Shown: piece after piece, positions 58,661-64,000 of the stretch | Layout of the letters: each line of letters starts with the position of its first letter | Numbering within the stretch: the stretch's first letter is position 1 | NCBI GenBank assembly: GCA_048882325.1 | Contig: JBHLRS010000004.1 | Span: 49,628 to 113,627, forward strand | Source of the DNA: Candidatus Thorarchaeota archaeon | Lineage (GTDB): Archaea > Asgardarchaeota > Thorarchaeia > Thorarchaeales > Thorarchaeaceae | Direction: 5' to 3' | Length of the DNA stretch: 64,000 nt | Translations under genes and position numbers: made by a program | The notes under the pieces: model-generated | What the model was told of the DNA's origin: nothing | Database searches by the model: none | The model's input: the letters and a program-made list of their open reading frames with translations, nothing else

Positions 58661-59440
58661 TTATTTGTCCTCCTTCCTGAATGCTATCCTCTTGTAGGGC
58701 TTACCCCAGCGTTCCTCATACATGAGTCCTTCAAGTGGAGCTCTGCTTGGGCCTAAGGCTCTCGGGGATACACGTTTGCCAATACAAAATGCGGTTAGTG
58801 GTTCCCAAATCGGCGGGATTCCTAGCCTATCTCTGATTAGTTCTGCATGACGTGGATCTGAACAGACAAGAGCCTCATATGCACATCCATAGCCAAGTTC
58901 AGTGGCGGTCAACCACATATTTTGAACTGCCATTCCACAGACAACTGATCCGAATAATGAGTTGGGATATAGATATCCAGCATCATGCCATGAATCACTT
59001 GCACAAACGATGATTACTGTGTCACTCTTTTCGGGATATCTGAATAGCTCACCATCTCTAAGTCTGGCGTATACAGCAGCCCTATAGGGATCACTGATGA
59101 ACCAGTTTCTTCCACTAGTGAGCTCAAATGGAGCTCCTCCAAAAGCCGTCTGAGCCATTTCCTGTGCAATATCAGCAAGAAATTCTTTGGTTTCTTGGTC
59201 GTCGCGTATGACAACAAAACGCATCATCAACATGTTCTCGGGACTTGGAGCATGTCGAGCTGCTTCCAATATCAGCTCGACGTCCTCATCGGGTATTTTC
59301 TCGCCAGTAAACTCTCGGATAGAGCGTCGCTCCCGAATCCATCTGAGAGATTCAAGATCTTTTGCGACTTTTACTTCTTCCTCGGCTTTACCAGCTGCTT
59401 TACTCTCTGCATCTGCAGCCATTTGTGTTATACACCTCAA
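58661..59440 (-). CDS. nitroreductase-like family protein, paralog 2
   Basis: RRSIREFTGEKIPDEDVELILEAARHAPSPEN, ~70% identical to 48689..49456. Confidence 0.55.
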   Translation of the reverse strand: MRCITQMAADAESKAAGKAEEEVKVAKDLESLRWIRERRSIREFTGEKIPDEDVELILEAARHAPSPENMLMMRFVVIRDDQETKEFLADIAQEMAQTAFGGAPFELTSGRNWFISDPYRAAVYARLRDGELFRYPEKSDTVIIVCASDSWHDAGYLYPNSLFGSVVCGMAVQNMWLTATELGYGCAYEALVCSDPRHAELIRDRLGIPPIWEPLTAFCIGKRVSPRALGPSRAPLEGLMYEERWGKPYKRIAFRKEDK

Positions 59441-59825
59441 CGTATTGTTGAACGGACCGGGTAATTATGAGCTACCATAAATGTATTCCTAGAAGTCGGG
59501 ATTCAACGAAGAAAATCCATATCTTGTCGATTTCTTGATTCTTCATAGAATAGACCCTGACGATACCCTGAGTAGTTCCTTATCATACTCTGAGTAGTGA
59601 CCCAGTATTGGCTACAATATACAAGCTGACATATGGAGAAATCTCGGATTGTTTTCTGAGCGTACATTGCTCCTCCCGGCGTATGTGCGTTCATCTCTTT
59701 ATGAACCGGGAGCTGTAATGCTCCCTCCAATCACGATAGAGATGATTTCGGTATTGAATATCAACCTAGTATTACACACAGTGATATTCACGTATGACGC
59801 TGAACATACTCAGGTGATTATCGAG

Positions 59826-59966
59826 ATGAAGCTCGTAACATTACATATACCGGAGACTTATGTCGATGGGCTAGAGAAGCTTGTAGAGAGCAATCTCTAT
59901 CCCAACAGATCCGAAGCCATCCGAATTGCTATTCGTGACTTGCTCAAGAGAGAGCTGTGGGGTTGA
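59826..59966 (+). CDS. ribbon-helix-helix (CopG/NikR-like) DNA-binding protein
   Basis: MKLVTLHIPETYVDGLEKLVESNLYPNRSEAIRIAIRDLL has the beta-strand then SRSEAIR helix signature of RHH proteins. I chose the ATG at 59826 rather than the tracked 59649. Confidence 0.5.
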   Translation: MKLVTLHIPETYVDGLEKLVESNLYPNRSEAIRIAIRDLLKRELWG

Positions 59967-59972
59967 TCTCAA

Positions 59973-60003
59973 AATGGAGCCCCACAAGCTCCATTCTTTT
60001 TCC
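59973..60003 (+). terminator. hairpin plus T-run immediately after the RHH gene
   Basis: aatggagc (59973-59980), loop cccacaa, gctccatt (59988-59995), followed by ctttttcc. Confidence 0.45.
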
Positions 60004-60099
60004 TAACATCCTAGATTCATTCAAATGCGAACTCAGAGACGGGGTTCTGCGAACGCGCCACCACATGAGGCGCATTAGCTGTAGAAGAAACTTTGATAT

Positions 60100-60132
60100 T
60101 ATCTCTTATTGGTGAATATATGATAAGAGATA
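60100..60132. promoter_or_regulatory. perfect 10-bp inverted repeat (tatctcttat / ataagagata) with a 13-nt AT-rich spacer, upstream of the Cys-motif paralog pair
   Basis: 60100-60109 is the exact reverse complement of 60123-60132. The spacer tggtgaatatatg carries a TATA-like run. It lies ~50-80 nt upstream of the ATG at 60181 and ~130 nt downstream of the RHH gene. Confidence 0.4.
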
Positions 60133-60180
60133 TCTCAAATTTCAAGTAGTGTTATCAAAATTCGTCTAGAGGCGTAGCGA

Positions 60181-61140
60181 GTGAACATAGACCCACAACT
60201 ACCTTCAGATGCGTCAGATCATCCAACCAATCTAGTGAAGGGTTGTCCCTGCTATCGTGAATTTGGTGACGAAAAAGTCTGTCTTAACAATGACACTGTT
60301 TTTCCAATCAATGCCATCTCGGTCGACCCAGGATTTTTCCATCAACTGGACTCGAGAGATTCGTTACTAGAATTTCGAAGTGACAACATCAGCATGTGTT
60401 ATCTTTTGATGTTCTTGGACAGGGCAGAGGGCTTTTGTTATTGCGTTAGTCAAAACCAACGAATCCGAATCAACGATAATGATATCAAAACCACTGAGAT
60501 TGATGATGCACTGAAATTCGTTACGACCTCGGAGAAAAGCAGAGACGGTGTTCTTTGTTCTGATTGTCTCTATAGATACCTTAGAACCCTTGGTGAGAGC
60601 TCTGGGGGCTTTCTTACAGATGACGAACGCGAGGAAATTATTGCGACATATGTTCGGGAGCTTGCAACAAACATAGCAGTGCAACTGAGCATGTATGATG
60701 GTAATAACAAGCAAATCAATTTCAACGAACATCTCTGGAGTTATCTAAGAGAAATCAATAGAAGCAGGTCACATTGGGCAGCAATGATTCTTAATCTGAA
60801 GAAATCAGGCGCAGAAAACGAGTTGATTGAACTGATTGATGCTTATAGAACTCTTGCACGATTGGAATCAGTCTTCTTATTCCAAGTACTATCTTTAGAA
60901 GATCCTTCCGAAGAAACGGACCCGCTTGGAGTTCTTCAATTCATGGTTGGAGTTTCTGAGAAAGTCATCAGTGTGAACAATTCAATCCGAGAAATGACAA
61001 ACAACCTCATTGAACGAAACGCGTTGCCTAGCAATATACATGAGATGCTTATGCAACATTCTGAAACAAGAAAGACAACGGAGTACAAGTTTAGCAATCT
61101 CGTGTCTGCCCTCCACAACATCGACACACATACCACATAA
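60181..61140 (+). CDS. Cys-motif hypothetical protein, tandem paralog A
   Basis: KGCPCYREFGDEKVCLNND ... CSDCLYRYLRTLG. It shares this architecture with the next gene, and the first ~150 aa align. Confidence 0.5.
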   Translation: MNIDPQLPSDASDHPTNLVKGCPCYREFGDEKVCLNNDTVFPINAISVDPGFFHQLDSRDSLLEFRSDNISMCYLLMFLDRAEGFCYCVSQNQRIRINDNDIKTTEIDDALKFVTTSEKSRDGVLCSDCLYRYLRTLGESSGGFLTDDEREEIIATYVRELATNIAVQLSMYDGNNKQINFNEHLWSYLREINRSRSHWAAMILNLKKSGAENELIELIDAYRTLARLESVFLFQVLSLEDPSEETDPLGVLQFMVGVSEKVISVNNSIREMTNNLIERNALPSNIHEMLMQHSETRKTTEYKFSNLVSALHNIDTHTT

Positions 61141-61191
61141 TAACTGCTAAATGCCCTCCAATTGTAGTTAGGAGCGGTCCCGAAGAGCGAC

Positions 61192-62196
61192 TTGAGCGCG
61201 CAGTTGCTTGAGTTGGAGAAGAAGAACGTGTTAGACACAAGCGAGCAAAAGCAAAGGTCCAGCATCAAACTAGTTAGGGGGTGTCCCTGCTACAAGGTGT
61301 TTGGGGACGAGAAGCTATGTGTCAACAATGACAGTGTACTCGAGATTGAATCTATTGAGATAGATCCCTCAATCTTCTCATTTCACTATGACAAAGACAG
61401 CATGAGGGAAGAGCGAGCTACTGAAGGTAATGTGTGCTACGCATCAATTTACATCAACTATCCAGACAACAAGGTCTACTGTATCTCACAAGGATGGGTT
61501 CTGAGAATCCATGGCAAGGATGTTCCGGGAAATGACTTGGAAGATGCAATGCAGTTTCTATCAACAAAGGAGATTACTAGTAGTGCTGAGATATGTTCGG
61601 AGTGTCTTTACAAGTTCATCCTTACATTGGGCGATACCTTTACGGATAACTTGACGGAGAAAGAAAAAACAGCTGAAGTGAAGAAATACGTGGACAAATT
61701 CTCACTCATGATTGCTTTGAAACATAGCCAGACTGATAAAATGATGAAACCCATTGGTACAGAAGACGACATCGAGAACGGTGTAGACCATTTTCAGTTC
61801 CTCAGAACTTATCTGGTTCAACTTCTAGACCAACAGAACTATTGGACAGTACTAGGCAAAGAGCTTGAGAAGAATAATGCGGAAGACTGGGTGAAGAATC
61901 TTGTATCGATGAGAGAAAGGCTTGCTAGATTGGAGTTCCAATTCTATAGCCAGACCCTGCAGCTCAGGGATATCAACGAGTTTAACATGCTTCTCAAGAT
62001 GCTGCAATATGTTCTAAAGACATCTGATGAGATTATCGAACTGAATGAGAAGATACACGCTGAGATTCGGTCAGAAAGATTCTGTCAACGAGCTGAAAGG
62101 GATGACAAACTGGATGTCCTCGCAGGGTACGCTGACAAGAGTAGAACCATAGAACACAATTTTGGAAATATCCTGCAAATCCTCACAAAACTATAG
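61192..62196 (+). CDS. Cys-motif hypothetical protein, tandem paralog B
   Basis: RGCPCYKVFGDEKLCVNND ... CSECLYKFILTLG, paralogous to 60181..61140. Confidence 0.5.
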   Translation: MSAQLLELEKKNVLDTSEQKQRSSIKLVRGCPCYKVFGDEKLCVNNDSVLEIESIEIDPSIFSFHYDKDSMREERATEGNVCYASIYINYPDNKVYCISQGWVLRIHGKDVPGNDLEDAMQFLSTKEITSSAEICSECLYKFILTLGDTFTDNLTEKEKTAEVKKYVDKFSLMIALKHSQTDKMMKPIGTEDDIENGVDHFQFLRTYLVQLLDQQNYWTVLGKELEKNNAEDWVKNLVSMRERLARLEFQFYSQTLQLRDINEFNMLLKMLQYVLKTSDEIIELNEKIHAEIRSERFCQRAERDDKLDVLAGYADKSRTIEHNFGNILQILTKL

Positions 62197-62200
62197 AACA

Positions 62201-62803
62201 TTAGACTGAGAATGTAGGATTGGAAAGAATCCGCTCTATGAATGTCTTAGAAGATGGATTCTTTTCTTCGCAATTCCATCTCTCGACAAATTCCTCATAC
62301 AATGCCAGTTCTTCTAGAACAACAACCGCAAGCTCCTGTAGCTCAGACACTTCAACTTCTGGTCCGGTTCCTAATCCGGGACAGATTGCTTTCTTTGCAC
62401 TGAGTCCCCAGGTATGTTCACCATCTTTATCCCAAAAGACAAATGGGAATGACATACAAACAGCTGGTCTAATGGGATGAATCATACAAAGATCGTCTTT
62501 CAGAAAGATGCAATCTCCATTCTCTAGCTTCTTGAGTGCGATGTATGCAGGTCCTTGTTCAGTTTTGACAGCAGGAATGTCCAGAAGTCCCTTTGGTATG
62601 TCATTCCCGGAAACTAGATAGAAATCAAGCGCCCTAATCACTTCGTTTGAATCAAGTTCAAGGCCCATCGAGATACGTGCTATATCGCGTCCAGTAACTG
62701 TGACCAGCAAAGAGTTCTCTCTGCAACATGCTCCGCATTTTGTGCATTCAAACCGGATTGCATCACTCTTGGGATTCATGGAGAAATCCTCCAGACATGA
62801 CAA
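62201..62803 (-). CDS. YkgJ-family (CxxCxxCC) putative Fe-S/zinc-binding protein
   Basis: CTKCGACC near the N-terminus plus additional conserved Cys (CIFL..DLC, AVCMSFPF), typical of UPF0153/YkgJ. Confidence 0.6.
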   Translation of the reverse strand: MSCLEDFSMNPKSDAIRFECTKCGACCRENSLLVTVTGRDIARISMGLELDSNEVIRALDFYLVSGNDIPKGLLDIPAVKTEQGPAYIALKKLENGDCIFLKDDLCMIHPIRPAVCMSFPFVFWDKDGEHTWGLSAKKAICPGLGTGPEVEVSELQELAVVVLEELALYEEFVERWNCEEKNPSSKTFIERILSNPTFSV

Positions 62804-62817
62804 CCCTCTCTCTGTAC

Positions 62818-63999
62818 CTAGAGGAGTGTTGAGAGAAACTCTGAGAGTCCTGAAAGACCTTCCTTTATCTCTGATATATCAGTTGCATATGAAAATCTAA
62901 GATGATTATCATACTTCGTTCCAAATGAGATTCCAGGTGTTGAAGTGACTCCAGTTTTCATGAGAATCAGCTCAGCCAACGTACTGCTACTGAGATTATA
63001 AGCTGAGAAATCTGGAAACACATAGAAAGCACCCTTTGGTTTGAGACACTCGACACTTTCCATACTGCGGAAAATATTGGTGATAATATCTCGTCGTTTC
63101 TTATATTCTTCAATCATAATCTTGATCGAACTCTGGTCACCCTTCAATGCTTCAGAACCCGCATATTGAACAAACGATGTTGCACAAGAGGTTGTATTCT
63201 GCTGAATTCGCACCATATTATTGATGGTTTCCTCATTACCAACTGCATATCCTAGTCGCCACCCAGTCATTGCGTATGTTTTAGAGAAACCATTGATGAC
63301 TAACGAGTGATCCAAATTAGGATCGATTTCCAACATTGATGTTTGTTTGAAACCGTCATAAACTAACATCTCATAGATTTCATCAGAGAAGACGACAAAA
63401 TCGTAGTCTCTTGCGAGATCGTAAATCAATTTCATCTGATCCTTCTCAAGAATTCCACCAGTTGGATTATTTGGAGAGTTAATCACCAGGGCAGTTACAG
63501 ATTTTGAGCAACTACTCTTGAGAGTTTCTTCGTCAAACCGGTACCCCGGATGCGTTTCTACATCCACTGGTTTAGCTCCGACTGTTCTGATCATCACACG
63601 GTAGGTTGGCCAAGATGGTGACAGTAGGAGTACATCATCACCCTGATCGAGCGTGCTGAGGAACCCTTGAAAAAGAGCCATCTTTGCTCCTGGTGTCACT
63701 ATGACATTTTTTGAGCCATCAATAGAGATTCCTCGACCTGTATAGTGTTCTTGAATACCGTCAAGTAGTGGAGGAATACCTCTTGATGAAGTGTACCTAG
63801 TGAATCCATGATTTAGTGCTTCAATCCCCGCCTTGATGATATTATCAGGAGTTGGAAAATCAGGTTGACCAACCTCAAAGTGATATATTCGCTTCCCTTG
63901 AGATTCCAAACGTTTCGCTATTTCAAACATCTTGAGGGTACCGGATGCCGGAATTCGCTCCATGGTGTGAGATGTCCAGTCCATGTAAAACACCATCAT
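62818..63999 (-). CDS. class I/II pyridoxal-phosphate aminotransferase (aspartate/aromatic type)
   Basis: The PLP-lysine motif SFSKTYAMTGWRLGY appears as NGFSKTYAMTGWRLGY. Other hallmarks are TPG, LVINSPNNPTG, and C-terminal G.SFG. It appears complete in the window. Confidence 0.85.
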   Translation of the reverse strand: MMVFYMDWTSHTMERIPASGTLKMFEIAKRLESQGKRIYHFEVGQPDFPTPDNIIKAGIEALNHGFTRYTSSRGIPPLLDGIQEHYTGRGISIDGSKNVIVTPGAKMALFQGFLSTLDQGDDVLLLSPSWPTYRVMIRTVGAKPVDVETHPGYRFDEETLKSSCSKSVTALVINSPNNPTGGILEKDQMKLIYDLARDYDFVVFSDEIYEMLVYDGFKQTSMLEIDPNLDHSLVINGFSKTYAMTGWRLGYAVGNEETINNMVRIQQNTTSCATSFVQYAGSEALKGDQSSIKIMIEEYKKRRDIITNIFRSMESVECLKPKGAFYVFPDFSAYNLSSSTLAELILMKTGVTSTPGISFGTKYDNHLRFSYATDISEIKEGLSGLSEFLSTLL

Positions 64000-64000
64000 T

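Noticed and set aside
1-64000. CRISPR arrays, rRNA genes, IS elements, integrases and prophage genes
   Set aside because: No regularly spaced direct repeats are present. No transposase, integrase or capsid-like ORFs appear among the translated frames. There are no rRNA-like GC-rich structured stretches.

Overview
The window looks like an archaeal chromosomal segment, possibly Asgard/TACK-like, of moderate-to-low GC. It is densely coding, with about 64 CDS.

The archaeal call rests on a set of signature proteins. These are a PAC2-type proteasome assembly chaperone, a PDCD5-like dsDNA-binding protein, a COG2403 GTPase, an E2F/DP-type winged helix, and a solute-binding protein with a Ser/Thr-rich linker plus C-terminal transmembrane anchor. 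No rRNA, tRNA, CRISPR array or transposase/integrase was recognisable.

Three blocks stand out.

1. About 8.5-17.8 kb holds a tight cluster of five von Willebrand A (VWA) domain proteins. Several carry an N-terminal beta-barrel domain that could be CDC48-N/double-psi or VIT-like. They are interleaved with two Amidohydrolase_2 (TIM-barrel metal hydrolase) paralogs and coiled-coil proteins.
   - One 883-aa gene looks like a fusion of the adjacent amidohydrolase + beta-barrel-VWA gene pair.
   - That fused copy has lost the HxH/Asp catalytic motif and has a degenerate MIDAS.
   - I cannot assign the module to a described system from sequence alone, so it is the best candidate for something novel.

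2. About 31.5-59.4 kb is a lipid and glycerol catabolic island:
   - an acyl-CoA dehydrogenase fused to SCP2 and MaoC hot-dog domains;
   - an aldehyde dehydrogenase;
   - a glpA-glpB-glpC operon extended by GlcD/GlcF-like FAD/Fe-S oxidase subunits and a non-canonical radical-SAM-like gene;
   - an FGGY (glycerol-kinase-like) kinase;
   - three enoyl-CoA hydratases, two 3-hydroxyacyl-CoA dehydrogenases, a DUF35/SCP-x-type thiolase pair, a standalone SCP2 and a ferredoxin;
   - two paralogous nitroreductase-like genes, each heading a beta-oxidation operon.

3. About 59.6-62.2 kb has an RHH regulator, a perfect 10-bp palindrome, and two tandem paralogous Cys-motif proteins of unknown family.

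The remainder is housekeeping or accessory: a stomatin/NfeD pair, a CPBP protease, a HEAT-repeat protein, TatD, MazG, an NOL1/NOP2/Sun RNA methyltransferase, an aspartate-type aminotransferase, a YkgJ Fe-S protein and others.

All calls are from reading the translated ORFs and the DNA. No database search was run.
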